Assembly (NCBI GenBank): GCA_048941015.1
Contig: JBHLNZ010000023.1
Coordinates: 1-45,223 of the forward strand
DNA length: 45,223 bases
Origin: Promethearchaeota archaeon
Lineage (GTDB): Archaea; Asgardarchaeota; Lokiarchaeia; Sigyniarchaeales; SOKP01
Direction: 5' to 3'
The notes beneath the pieces were generated by a model that saw nothing but the letters and a program-made list of their open reading frames with translations, ran no database searches and had not been told where the DNA came from. The translations under genes and the position numbers were made by a program. Position 1 is the stretch's first letter, and each line of letters opens with the position of its first letter. Below, piece after piece: positions 1 through 10,154 of this stretch.

Positions 1-363
1 AATATAAAGAACGTTTATTATAGTTATAAACTATCAAGCCTTTTAGATTTAGATATTTATTTCGGAGAAGCGTATATTTATAATCTAACTGAATACATTT
101 ATGCTCCTTCTTTTAAGGAGTTCTATCTCAGTGATTCAAAACAAAATATAGAAGAGGAAGCATTATTTTGGATAGCAGATCTTCTTCTTAATTTTGAAAA
201 TCCAAATATTAAACCTGTCATTGACTATAAATCAATATTACCTCACGCTATCACCTTCTTTACCTTCTTTCCTATCGGGTTTGGCGTTATATTCTATTTC
301 ACTCATAAAGAATCCAAGAAAATTGAATTTAAAGCTATTAAAAAGAAGTTAAAACTTAATTAA
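1..363 (+). CDS. 3' end of a protein with a C-terminal membrane anchor (partial, runs off the window)
   Basis: Frame 1 is open from base 1 to TAA at 361-363. It ends ...AITFFTFFPIGFGVIFYFTHKESKKIEFKAIKKKLKLN (hydrophobic helix + basic tail). Not in the ORF track. Confidence 0.7.
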   Translation, partial: NIKNVYYSYKLSSLLDLDIYFGEAYIYNLTEYIYAPSFKEFYLSDSKQNIEEEALFWIADLLLNFENPNIKPVIDYKSILPHAITFFTFFPIGFGVIFYFTHKESKKIEFKAIKKKLKLN

Positions 364-437
364 TTTTCTCTTTTATTCTTATTTATTAAAGCGTCTATAA
401 TTTTTTCTTTTTATAACATGGTAAAAATTTATAATAA

Positions 438-1013
438 ATGCTTCAGAGTTCAAAACTTTTGAAAAAAATCGGTTATATTATCGATGCAATAAGTCAATTT
501 CCTAATAAACAAGACAGTTTATTCAATGTGTCAAAATTAAAATCAATACTCCTATTATCTGATGAAGAAATGGATCAAATTCTTAAAATAATTTTCAAAC
601 TACAAGATCAATTCTCAATTCTTTTTAAAGATTACCAGCTTCGAAAAATATGGAAAAATGGTACTATTTTTCTAACTTTAATTCCAAAAGATCACTGTAA
701 AAACGATTTTCTCTTCTCAAAAGAAATTTCGCTTACTCCCGATCATTCTAATTTGCTTAACGATATAATTTATTATTTTGAGCATGTGAAAATCGGAAAA
801 GGGTTCAATCTTCACATCAATGGCACTATGCTATCCAAAAAAGTTAATGAATTATATAAAACACATCCGTATCTTTTTGAAAGCAGAGGAAACGGGCTAA
901 TATATCCTACTAATCTTGCGGTTAAAATTGGAAAACAACTCTATTCATATAATAAAGGTAATCGTGAAGTTTGTAATTTACAAATCGATGAATATGACAT
1001 TATTATACGGTGA
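438..1013 (+). CDS. hypothetical protein, possibly winged-helix-like
   Basis: 191-aa ORF ending 3 bp before hef. No diagnostic motif. Confidence 0.6.
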   Translation: MLQSSKLLKKIGYIIDAISQFPNKQDSLFNVSKLKSILLLSDEEMDQILKIIFKLQDQFSILFKDYQLRKIWKNGTIFLTLIPKDHCKNDFLFSKEISLTPDHSNLLNDIIYYFEHVKIGKGFNLHINGTMLSKKVNELYKTHPYLFESRGNGLIYPTNLAVKIGKQLYSYNKGNREVCNLQIDEYDIIIR

Positions 1014-1016
1014 TAA

Positions 1017-3143
1017 GTGAGTATGGAAGCCTTGACGAAAAATGAAAAGAACTTTTTGCGTACAGAGAAAATTGAAGAACGTGATTATCAAGTTGAAATA
1101 GCAAAAAGATGTATTTTAAAAAATTCGCTAGTAGTAATACCAACAGGATTAGGGAAAACGGTAATAGGTGTATATGTTGCTGCCAAGACTTTAGACTATT
1201 TTAAATCTGAAAGTAAGATTATCATTCTTGCTCCTACTCGTCCTCTAATTAATCAACATTATGATTCTTTTAGAGAGTTATTGACTATTGACGAGCAAAA
1301 ATTTATCGTTCTTACAGGAAAAACAGCACCAGGAAAACGAGCTCAATATTATAATGAACACCAGATTATTTTTTATACTCCACAGACATTAAGAAATGAT
1401 CTTTCTTATATGCGATATACACTTGAAAATGTCGCGTTAATTATTTTCGATGAAGCTCATCATGCCACAGGAGATTATGCCTATTGCCTTATTGCAGATG
1501 AATATTTAGATCAAAATCCTGATGGCAATATTCTTGGACTGACCGCTAGTCCTGGATCTTCCAAAGAAAAAATAAAAACATTATGTAATAATTTACATAT
1601 CCCCCTTGAAAATATTCATACTCGCACTCGAAAAGACTTAGATGTTAAGAAATACCTTCAGCCCTTAGACGTTTATAAAATTGGGGTAAACCTTACAGAG
1701 CTCATGGAAGATGCTTATTATGTTATAAAACAATTATTAGAAGAGCGCTTACAATATCTCTCGCAGTATAATTTTTTAGAAACTAAAGGAGAAAATTTAC
1801 AAAAAGAAGTTATTAGAAAAGATCTTTTACGCCTTAATACTGAACTTGTAAAATTAGTTAAAGGAGACGGAGAAAAAACTGGAATTTATAGTGCTCTTTC
1901 AGTTAATGCTCAAGGATTAATATTGTATCATATGTTAGAACTGATTGAACAACAAGGTTTAGATGTGTTATTCATATACTTAGAAAAGCTAAAGAAAGAA
2001 GCTCTAAAGAAAAATAGTTCGAAAGCTTCAAAAATTTTAGCTTCTGATTCTCGAATCACTCGAATCTTTATTGAATTACAAAAACATAAAGATCTATCAC
2101 CTGAACAGTTAATTCATCCTAAATATCTCTTTTTAGAAAAGATCTTAAGAAAAGAACTTAAAAATAATTCTGAAAGCAGAATCTTAGTTTTTGTAAAACT
2201 ACGAGATTCAGTAAAAAATATTGTAAAAAAATTAAAACAATATGATAATAAATGGATAAAGCCAGCTCGATTTGTAGGGCAAGCAACAAAATCTGAAGAT
2301 GACAAGGGACTTTCTCAAAAGAAACAGTTAGAAATATTAGAGAAGTTCAAAAAAGGGGAGTTAAATATTTTAGTAAGCACGAATGTAGGAGAGGAAGGAT
2401 TAGATATTGCCGAATGTGATTTAGTAGTATTCTATGATGTGGTAGCCTCTGAAATACGCTTTATACAGAGAAGGGGCAGGACAGGTAGACATCGAAAAGG
2501 GAAAGTTATTATTCTTTATTGTAAGAACACTCATGATGAGATCTATATGAAAATCGCGCTCAATAAATTACGAAAAATGAACGTCAATCTAAAAGATAAA
2601 AAAGAGCTAACTCAAGCATATCATCCTTCCTTACCGAAAATTATCCCCTCTATTCCTTTAGAAATGTCTGAGAATGAGATGAAAGAATATGATTCTCAAT
2701 CAAATTTAATGGATTTTCTACATAAGCTTCCTGAAAAACAACAAAAAAAACTGGATCTGAAAGTTAGTCATTTATTTCCTGTAAAATTTGGAATTCGGAA
2801 AAAATTAAATGAGGAGGGAATTGAGTTTGATGTTAATACCGGTGAATTTCATATTATTATGTTTGATAAAGTGTTAATTCAAGTCTATGATCCTCGGCTA
2901 TTTATTAGCAGTTGGAAAGAGTCATTATTAGAAACAGTAAATCGACAAAAAAACCCTTTTAATCTTATAATCGCGCTGTTTGATTTCGTAGATTTTAAAG
3001 AGCGATTTTCAGGAGAAGAAAGACTCCTGAAAAAGAAAATTAGAGAATTCAGTAATCAAAAGGATTTACAAGTTATTAATATTGATAATTCTGAAGAATT
3101 GTATTTTATAATTAAAAATATTTGTGAACATCATAAAACTTAA
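1017..3143 (+). CDS. hef: Hef/FANCM-like (ERCC4-type) SF2 DEAH helicase with degenerate C-terminal nuclease-like domain
   Basis: Q motif RDYQ, Walker A PTGLGKT, LAPTRPL, DEAHHATGDYAY, GLTASPGS, FVGQA, STNVGEEGLDI, IQRRGRTGR. These are Hef/Mph1 signatures. Confidence 0.92.
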   Translation: MSMEALTKNEKNFLRTEKIEERDYQVEIAKRCILKNSLVVIPTGLGKTVIGVYVAAKTLDYFKSESKIIILAPTRPLINQHYDSFRELLTIDEQKFIVLTGKTAPGKRAQYYNEHQIIFYTPQTLRNDLSYMRYTLENVALIIFDEAHHATGDYAYCLIADEYLDQNPDGNILGLTASPGSSKEKIKTLCNNLHIPLENIHTRTRKDLDVKKYLQPLDVYKIGVNLTELMEDAYYVIKQLLEERLQYLSQYNFLETKGENLQKEVIRKDLLRLNTELVKLVKGDGEKTGIYSALSVNAQGLILYHMLELIEQQGLDVLFIYLEKLKKEALKKNSSKASKILASDSRITRIFIELQKHKDLSPEQLIHPKYLFLEKILRKELKNNSESRILVFVKLRDSVKNIVKKLKQYDNKWIKPARFVGQATKSEDDKGLSQKKQLEILEKFKKGELNILVSTNVGEEGLDIAECDLVVFYDVVASEIRFIQRRGRTGRHRKGKVIILYCKNTHDEIYMKIALNKLRKMNVNLKDKKELTQAYHPSLPKIIPSIPLEMSENEMKEYDSQSNLMDFLHKLPEKQQKKLDLKVSHLFPVKFGIRKKLNEEGIEFDVNTGEFHIIMFDKVLIQVYDPRLFISSWKESLLETVNRQKNPFNLIIALFDFVDFKERFSGEERLLKKKIREFSNQKDLQVINIDNSEELYFIIKNICEHHKT

Positions 3144-3154
3144 GAGTAAGAACT

Positions 3155-3676
3155 ATGGAAGAAAAAACATTCAAAAAAGATACTACCCCTTATATTGTTT
3201 TCCGCTGCTCAAAATGTAAACAGTTTTCCTACGTTAAAAGTACTCAGAAAACAAAAAAATGTTTACGTTGTGGTCGAACTTATCAGGTAAGATCATTACT
3301 TACCTCAAGCGAGATTGTTTACAGTATGAGTGCTGCAGTAAAAGCTGTGCAAGAAAAACAAAATAAACTTGGACTGAAAAAATCTGATGGCGCTATTACT
3401 CTTAGCACTGAAAGTGATTTCATCATTATTCCGAGTAATTCTAAAAAAACAATACCTTCTACTTCAACTGATAATTATTCAGAAATATTCTATAAATTAT
3501 TAAAAGAACTTTCTAGACAAAACAAGACGTTCCCACGTTATTTGATTGAGATCGGAGCCGAAAATTATGGGATTCCCGCTTCTGAAGTGAAGCTATTGAT
3601 TCATGAATTTCTAAATAAGGAAATTTTAATTTTATTCAAAAATAATGGCTATTATTATACGTTGAAAAACTTATAA
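3155..3676 (+). CDS. DUF1922-like Zn-ribbon protein with C-terminal winged-helix-like region
   Basis: YIVFRCSKC...KTKKCLRCGR (two CxxC), followed by A..AVQ..Q. Co-oriented 11 bp after hef. Confidence 0.7.
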   Translation: MEEKTFKKDTTPYIVFRCSKCKQFSYVKSTQKTKKCLRCGRTYQVRSLLTSSEIVYSMSAAVKAVQEKQNKLGLKKSDGAITLSTESDFIIIPSNSKKTIPSTSTDNYSEIFYKLLKELSRQNKTFPRYLIEIGAENYGIPASEVKLLIHEFLNKEILILFKNNGYYYTLKNL

Positions 3677-3696
3677 GAAGATGAGTAATATAAAAA

Positions 3697-3951
3697 TTAT
3701 TTCTTTTCTTTTTTGTTTAAAATAAATTCTCTGAGCACGTCCTCAAATTCAATCTTCATCATAGCTTTAAAGATGGGATGACGCTGAGAGAATGGTATCT
3801 TTTCATATCCTTCATAAATATCAGGAATAGATTTTTTTTCCATAACTTCAGATAACGGGATGACAATTTCAGAAAGAATAATATCTATTGGTTTTTCAGG
3901 AACAATTATAATATGCTCTTCTTTTTCTTTTTCAATTGATCCAAAACTCAT
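3697..3951 (-). CDS. small hypothetical protein
   Basis: 84-aa ORF filling the gap between two genes, with ATG start. Confidence 0.55.
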   Translation of the reverse strand: MSFGSIEKEKEEHIIIVPEKPIDIILSEIVIPLSEVMEKKSIPDIYEGYEKIPFSQRHPIFKAMMKIEFEDVLREFILNKKEKK

Positions 3952-4052
3952 TATTAATCATTTTAAAACTTCTTTTTATTAAGAAATATTGAGGATTTAT
4001 TTAAAGAAAAACTAAACTTGAATAAAACAAATTATAAAAAAAATTAAATAAT

Positions 4053-5732
4053 TTAACAATAATTTTTAGATCGTTGTATTCCGATTCCAATCTGTTCCAT
4101 CTTAATATCAACATTTTTTCTTTCTTTTCGTGCTTCTTTTCTTTGCCTGATAACTTCATTAATTGCATATTGCAGTACTCCCCCTATTCTGAACCCACTA
4201 TTTTTATCTACTATGAGAGCACGTTGTATTAACTCTGAAATGTTATTCGCTGGAATAGGATGGGTAAATGTATAGGGGATTTCAGAAAGACTCGATTCCA
4301 AATTTTTGATTATCATTTTATTTTGGGGAGTTATTTCCTTACACTTCCAAGAATACATTGGATGGATTTGGTTTTTGAAATCCATTGATCCAGGAACTAC
4401 ACACATGGGGGCTGGTCTAAATTGAATTGAGAGTGGTAATTCCCTTCCTTGCTCGTCTACGATTCGTTCTTTTGAAAACATTTTAATTAACTTAATGGTA
4501 TTTTTAGAATTCTCTTCTTCAAATTTTTCATTACTTACACCCACTACCAGCATTGCAATAACGTTCATTCCTGCTTTTGTAAAAGTATAAATAGCTTCAA
4601 TGTTTTGATTCGTTGTTATTCCTTTATTCATCATTTCTAGTTCTTTATCTGAAAATGCTTCAAGTCCTACCCACGCATCATTAAATCCTGCACAATAGGC
4701 TTTTTTTGCTATTTTTGGAGTAATATCTGCCCGAAAATGGGTCCCAAACTTCATTTCAAAGTTTTTTTCGATCATTTTATCGCATAACTGCTCAAAATAC
4801 TCGAGATCATCATTTATCAATGATTCTCCAAATATGATATATCCAGGTTTCCATTTTTCAATCACCATTTCAATATCTTGTATCACCTTATTAATTGAAC
4901 GTCTTCGAAACTTAGGGCCAAACAAAAACCACTCTGCACAAAAAGAACACCTGTTAGTGCACCCTCGAGATCGATATATAGACACTATATTAAAAAATGA
5001 TTTTATTGGAATGTCTGTATAATCCGGAGTGGGAAGATCATCAAGATTAAGTTGCACTCCATGATCATAAATTATATTATTTCCATCAAAACTCATTACA
5101 CCTTTAACTTTATCTAAAGGAATTCCTCTTGTAATTTGTAAAATTGGATGCTCTCCTTCTCCAATGACTAATCCATCACAAACTTCTTTCTTAAGAAAGT
5201 AGGTAAATGCTTCCTTTGATTGGGTAATAGATGGTCCTCCCCATATTATCTGTATAGAAGGTTTGATCTTTCTTATAAAAACCGTAGCCATTACCGTTTC
5301 TACTATATTCAAATAATCCACTGAAAAACCTATTGTAGAATAATTTATTAATTGTGGAACAATAGTATGAAGATATTTCATCATAGACTTATAACGTTGA
5401 ATCATATTTTCTCCTGAATCATGAATTAGACTACAATAATCACGAATAAGATCAAGAAATATTCCCTTAGTAAAATCTAATTCTTTACCATTATTTACTA
5501 CATTTACCATGTGAGCTAAAATTGGAAAAACGGTATGGTTCATAACGAGAGTTGGAGGAGCAACTGCTGATAACGGATTTATCATAAATTTCGCAAGCGA
5601 ATATGAAGAAGGTCTAAAACAAAACACTTTCACTGGAACGTTGTTTTGTTTTAAGTAGGCTTGTAGACAGGCTAAACCTAAAGGAACTAATCTATCATCG
5701 ACATTAGCAATTTTTACTAAAGCGATTGTCAT
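4053..5732 (-). CDS. B12-binding domain radical SAM protein (class B methyltransferase-like)
   Basis: PLGLACL, IIWGGPS, IGEGE, LDDLPTPDY, SRGCTNRCSFC (CxxxCxxC), GLEAFSDKELEMMNKG. Confidence 0.9.
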   Translation of the reverse strand: MTIALVKIANVDDRLVPLGLACLQAYLKQNNVPVKVFCFRPSSYSLAKFMINPLSAVAPPTLVMNHTVFPILAHMVNVVNNGKELDFTKGIFLDLIRDYCSLIHDSGENMIQRYKSMMKYLHTIVPQLINYSTIGFSVDYLNIVETVMATVFIRKIKPSIQIIWGGPSITQSKEAFTYFLKKEVCDGLVIGEGEHPILQITRGIPLDKVKGVMSFDGNNIIYDHGVQLNLDDLPTPDYTDIPIKSFFNIVSIYRSRGCTNRCSFCAEWFLFGPKFRRRSINKVIQDIEMVIEKWKPGYIIFGESLINDDLEYFEQLCDKMIEKNFEMKFGTHFRADITPKIAKKAYCAGFNDAWVGLEAFSDKELEMMNKGITTNQNIEAIYTFTKAGMNVIAMLVVGVSNEKFEEENSKNTIKLIKMFSKERIVDEQGRELPLSIQFRPAPMCVVPGSMDFKNQIHPMYSWKCKEITPQNKMIIKNLESSLSEIPYTFTHPIPANNISELIQRALIVDKNSGFRIGGVLQYAINEVIRQRKEARKERKNVDIKMEQIGIGIQRSKNYC

Positions 5733-5820
5733 TTTTAATACCTTATAGTTTTTAGATTGAAAATAATAAGGGGGTATATAAAGAAAAAAAGATTAGGAAT
5801 CTTTGAAAATATGCTTTTTC

Positions 5821-6087
5821 TTATTCATTCTCTTGAATTTTTTTTAAATAGAGTTTAATAAGGGTACGCTGAGTCTTACAATATGCAATTTTTTGCTTAT
5901 CGGTTAAATTAGGATACATTTCTAAAATTTTTTTGATTAATTTTAAGATTTCGAAATTTTGTTGTTTTGTGTTCTCAAACTGTTTAATTATGTAGATATT
6001 TTGATCTTTTTCTGGTCTTTGAATTACTAAAAAGTCTTTAATTCGAATCTTTTTTTCATAATTTAAATCAAATGGATCTTCTTCAAT
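5821..6087 (-). CDS. small hypothetical protein with probable non-canonical (ATT/ATC) start
   Basis: Stop-free frame of 88 codons (IEEDPFDLNYEKKIRIKDFL...KIQENE*) directly downstream of the helicase, preceded by GGAGGGG. It has no ATG/GTG/TTG near its 5' end, so the track missed it. Confidence 0.55.
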   Translation of the reverse strand: MEEDPFDLNYEKKIRIKDFLVIQRPEKDQNIYIIKQFENTKQQNFEILKLIKKILEMYPNLTDKQKIAYCKTQRTLIKLYLKKIQENE

Positions 6088-6106
6088 GATAACCTAATCC
6101 CCTCCT

Positions 6107-8668
6107 TTACTCTCCTTTTACAATTTTTTTACATAAATTTACCCCTAATCCTGTTTTTCTATTAAGATTATATATATTTTCTTTTTTTACCTGATTCGCA
6201 GTGTGATATCCTGCATTAAATAAAATTCGTGCCCGTACCCTTGCTACATTTACCAATCGTAGCACCAAATCAAACAGTTCTTCTTTAATTCCATAGTGAA
6301 TTCGAACCTTTAAAGTTTCACACATTTCTGCGATTTTAATCATCCTATCTTGAAGATCCATACCAGTTTCACTTAAATACATTGCAATAATACCAATAAA
6401 GGTAATTATTCTTTCTAAATTATCGCGTATTGTATATAGATCACCTGCCATTATATTATACCGCTCTATAATTGTTTCAATCGGTTCTTCGTCTGCCCAT
6501 TCCAGTATAGGTTGAAGAAGATTATAATTTCGTTCTCTTCCTTCCGCAATAAGGATGTCAAAGGCTTCCTTAACAATATCCTGAAATGAGTCCATTTCTA
6601 CATTCTCTAATTTCTGGCGAATTAATACGCCTGATACAGGATATAAATATAACCGTATAATAAGCTTTCCGAACTGGGAGCATTTAAGTGTCCTATCATC
6701 ATTTTTTAAGATTAATCCCTTTTCAAATAAATAATTAAGGATATATTGGTTCTTTACAGATTTCGGAATGATTGAATCAACATATTTCTGAAAAGAGATA
6801 TCAGGAATTTTGACAAGGTGAAGTAAAAAGAGAGTTATATGGTCACAAAAAACAAAACTAAACTCATCATTAGCATAATTATCAGAAATACCATTCTTAA
6901 ATCCACATGAGCAACGTATTCCGTTTTCAATGCTAAATTCACAGAAATAGACTCCAAAAGAAGTTTTTACATAACCTGCAATTATATTATTATTTAGCTG
7001 AGAAACTTTTACTTGGCTTTGGTTGCTTCTTAATTCCTTCACCTTTTTTAAGTCAGCATGCAACTTTAGTATATTAATAGGAGTAATTTCCTTAATGAGC
7101 AAAAACTGGTCAACGGGAATGTTCTGTCCCTTCAATTTATTTTGTATTATATACCAAAAATATGTTTTCCTGAAAAAATCCTTTAATTTCTCAATGGTAA
7201 TACGTTTATCTTCATATATTCGCAATAAGACTTGTTCTTTTAAGGTATTGATTTTATTTAATCCAGAGACAAGCTCATTATATTTTGGAGTGTAAAATTG
7301 TTCTTCGATACCTTCTTGAAAGTAATGATCTTCTACCCAATTTCTCTCCTCTACATCGCTAACTAGAATAATTCCATACCCAATTGAATCTAATCCAGGC
7401 CTTCCTGCTCGGCCTAAACATTGAAAAACCTCATTTGCCGAAAAAGGACGGAAAAATGAAAATCCATCCCCATTTTCAAAATAACCTTTAAAACATTTTA
7501 TATTGTGTCCAGAAGTAATAAACTTTTTAAAATCCCGTAAGATGACTACTCTAGCAGGGAGATTTATACCTGCACTGAGCGTCGTAGTACAACAAATTAC
7601 TTTTAGTAATCGTTTGCGAAATGAATCTTCCACTAATTTTCGCTCTTTTGGAAGCAAACCCGCATGATGAAAAGCAATCCCATGCTTAATTACTTTTTTA
7701 AGTTCATTGCTTCCTCCTTTAATCTTGTTAATACTTGCTTCCAACCTTTTGCATGTTTTCTTCTCTAAATCAGATAAAAAATTTTTGACTAAGTGTTTAA
7801 GATTTTGAGCTGTCTGTTGAGCGGATTTTCTTTTATTCAAAAATATTAAAACTTGTCCTTTTTTCTCCATGGTAGATCTTATAATCTTTTTTATAGTCGA
7901 ATTCTTATTTTGTGTTACCTCAATTTTATAATGAAGGGGTACAGGACGATCTTCCGATGTTATGAGGTATGTCTTATTACCTAATGAAGAAAGCCATTGA
8001 TTAAAGAATTCGGGATTAGCAATAGTAGCAGATAAACCTAAAATTTGAGGTTTATTTAAAAACTCATTAAGCCGAACAATTAGAGACTCCAATCGTGGAC
8101 CTCTATCCGACTCCCCTATGATATGGATCTCATCGATAATTAATGTTGAGATGTTAAAAATCCAATCTTTATCATAGAAATTTCTTAAGATAGAATCCAT
8201 TTTTTCATATGTTGTAATAATAATATCTGCTTTTTCCAATTTGGAGTCATCAACATCATAATCTCCTACTGAAAGTTCAACATTTATACCAAACCGTTCA
8301 TAACTATTTTTGAAATGAAGATATTTTTCGGTAGCAAGAGCTTTAAAGGGGACTAAATAGACACTCTTCCCAAAATTTTGAAACACATTATGAACAGCGC
8401 ATATTTCTCCAATAAGAGTCTTACCACTCCCAGAAGGGGCACAAACTAAAAAAGATTTTCGAAAAAAAAGACCATTTTTTATAGCTTCCTTTTGAATTTT
8501 ACGGAGTTTAAAGATTCTTTGCTCAAATAAAACTCGTTGTATACGTTCATCCAGGATATATTTAAATATCTTTTCGTCTTGAGTTGAATCTTCTTTCTCA
8601 ATAAACTTTGTTATGGTTATTCTCTTCTCACCTATTATCCTCTTTTGAATATAATAGCTTGCAATCAT
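6107..8668 (-). CDS. hel308: Hel308/Ski2-like SF2 helicase with inserted SWIM-type Zn finger
   Basis: APSGSGKT, TTYEKMDS, DEIH, GLSATIAN, AFHHAGL, TTTLSAGINLP, QCLGRAGRPGLD, ratchet/HhH C-terminus (RVRARILFNAG). Insert CSCG-x19-FCDH. Confidence 0.85.
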   Translation of the reverse strand: MIASYYIQKRIIGEKRITITKFIEKEDSTQDEKIFKYILDERIQRVLFEQRIFKLRKIQKEAIKNGLFFRKSFLVCAPSGSGKTLIGEICAVHNVFQNFGKSVYLVPFKALATEKYLHFKNSYERFGINVELSVGDYDVDDSKLEKADIIITTYEKMDSILRNFYDKDWIFNISTLIIDEIHIIGESDRGPRLESLIVRLNEFLNKPQILGLSATIANPEFFNQWLSSLGNKTYLITSEDRPVPLHYKIEVTQNKNSTIKKIIRSTMEKKGQVLIFLNKRKSAQQTAQNLKHLVKNFLSDLEKKTCKRLEASINKIKGGSNELKKVIKHGIAFHHAGLLPKERKLVEDSFRKRLLKVICCTTTLSAGINLPARVVILRDFKKFITSGHNIKCFKGYFENGDGFSFFRPFSANEVFQCLGRAGRPGLDSIGYGIILVSDVEERNWVEDHYFQEGIEEQFYTPKYNELVSGLNKINTLKEQVLLRIYEDKRITIEKLKDFFRKTYFWYIIQNKLKGQNIPVDQFLLIKEITPINILKLHADLKKVKELRSNQSQVKVSQLNNNIIAGYVKTSFGVYFCEFSIENGIRCSCGFKNGISDNYANDEFSFVFCDHITLFLLHLVKIPDISFQKYVDSIIPKSVKNQYILNYLFEKGLILKNDDRTLKCSQFGKLIIRLYLYPVSGVLIRQKLENVEMDSFQDIVKEAFDILIAEGRERNYNLLQPILEWADEEPIETIIERYNIMAGDLYTIRDNLERIITFIGIIAMYLSETGMDLQDRMIKIAEMCETLKVRIHYGIKEELFDLVLRLVNVARVRARILFNAGYHTANQVKKENIYNLNRKTGLGVNLCKKIVKGE

Positions 8669-8765
8669 TTAAAGAAAAAAGAGTCCTGAGAATTACATTA
8701 ATTTTTTGTTCTTCTCGTAATATTTTTTCTTTAAATATTTTTAAATATATTGCTCTCTGATTCCT

Positions 8766-9992
8766 ATGACAGGTACTAATGAACGCCAAATGGAAAAAAA
8801 ATATGATTTGAATAATACTCGTAACTTTATCAGTGAACATTTTACATCTGAAATTTCTTCAGAAAAGGTAAAAGAAACTTCTAAAACCAATAATATTGCC
8901 TATTTAGTTTCTAATATAATACAAGATATGGGTTATTATTTAATTCCTCAACAACATCGTAAACAATATCCTCTTGATTTACTTTCCTTTCGAATATTAG
9001 AAATTAATGAAAAAGTATCTGTTATTTTGTTAATTCCTATAATTATTGATACCAATCACTTAGATATATTTGTTTCTGAACAGACCATTAGATATGATAC
9101 CAAAGATCATACAAAACTTAATCCTTATGCACAGCAACTTGTTCGTGTTGCTGAAGTCTTATTTGAAGAATTAGTTATGGAACACCATTTTTTCCAAATA
9201 CTTAATAATTCATTAGATACGCCTATAACCATTGAAAAAACTATTGAACAAAAACCTCTTTATTTTCACTCAGATAATATGGAATACAAATTGAGAATAG
9301 ATCCAATTATAGTAAAGGAAAAGCCTCCCTTATTTTCAGAAAAAACGCTTTCCTTCGCTTATCAGCGTCATTCTAATCTTCATGTTATTGCGTTAAATCA
9401 AATTTCCAATTTATTAGAATTTTTGGAGCAGAAATACATCATTCTTGAAAGTTTGGAAAAAAAAAGTAATATAAAAAATTCTTATGAACCGTTAAAAGGG
9501 AGATATTCTCGTTACTTTCAATGGATGCAACTACCTTTTATTGGATATTTAGTTCTGTTTGGAATTATCTTATTATCTAACTTCCCTTCGCTCACCAATA
9601 TAATGATTAGTCTAGGTTATGCTGCTATGGGTGTATATATTTTCTCTTCAGGTTTTCTTTATTCCTTGATTTTTCGAGAAAAAATTAAAATAGCTAAAGA
9701 ATTTTTAACTCCCTTTCATAAAAAAATTCTTAATATCAGTGATGAAGAATTATTCCTAATAAGTGAAGGCTTAAATCCTGAATATCTAGAACAACTTGGA
9801 TATGAATGTTTTGGAAAAGAACATTCTTATAAAACATTAGATGAATTGGAACAAAAAAAAATTGAAAAAGAAATTAATAATAGACCCATTACTATCGAAA
9901 AAAAGGTGGATGAACTCTACGAGCCAAAAGAATCCACCCAAGCTCTTCATAAGAGTATAATTGAGAAATATAGCTCATTTTTGGATGATTAA
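8766..9992 (+). CDS. hypothetical membrane protein (2 TM helices)
   Basis: 408-aa ORF with two hydrophobic segments at about aa 255-303. Divergent from hel308. Confidence 0.75.
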   Translation: MTGTNERQMEKKYDLNNTRNFISEHFTSEISSEKVKETSKTNNIAYLVSNIIQDMGYYLIPQQHRKQYPLDLLSFRILEINEKVSVILLIPIIIDTNHLDIFVSEQTIRYDTKDHTKLNPYAQQLVRVAEVLFEELVMEHHFFQILNNSLDTPITIEKTIEQKPLYFHSDNMEYKLRIDPIIVKEKPPLFSEKTLSFAYQRHSNLHVIALNQISNLLEFLEQKYIILESLEKKSNIKNSYEPLKGRYSRYFQWMQLPFIGYLVLFGIILLSNFPSLTNIMISLGYAAMGVYIFSSGFLYSLIFREKIKIAKEFLTPFHKKILNISDEELFLISEGLNPEYLEQLGYECFGKEHSYKTLDELEQKKIEKEINNRPITIEKKVDELYEPKESTQALHKSIIEKYSSFLDD

Positions 9993-10039
9993 AATCTCTT
10001 TCGATTACCCTCTTAATTTTTTTTCTCATTGAAAAGGTA

Positions 10040-10154
10040 ACTCCTGCCACCAAGACCTAAAAAAAGGTCAAAATCGAAATAGGGGGAGGAGGACAAAATG
10101 AGTGTATGTAAAATACACTTCCAAAAGACAAAAATCCAGGGCGGTAGCAGGAGT
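10040..10154. ncRNA. putative structured RNA / cis-element (multi-stem)
   Basis: Terminal 12-bp stem ACTCCTGCCACC (10040-10051)/GGTAGCAGGAGT (10143-10154) encloses hairpins GACCT-A6-AGGTC (10054-10069) and AGTGTAT-GTAAA-ATACACT (10101-10119). GC-rich relative to its surroundings. Confidence 0.5.

Noticed and set aside
10040-10154. Structured element as tRNA, 5S rRNA or SECIS
   Set aside because: No T-loop/D-loop consensus or cloverleaf, no recognisable 5S conserved blocks, no SECIS core, and no adjacent UGA-containing gene.
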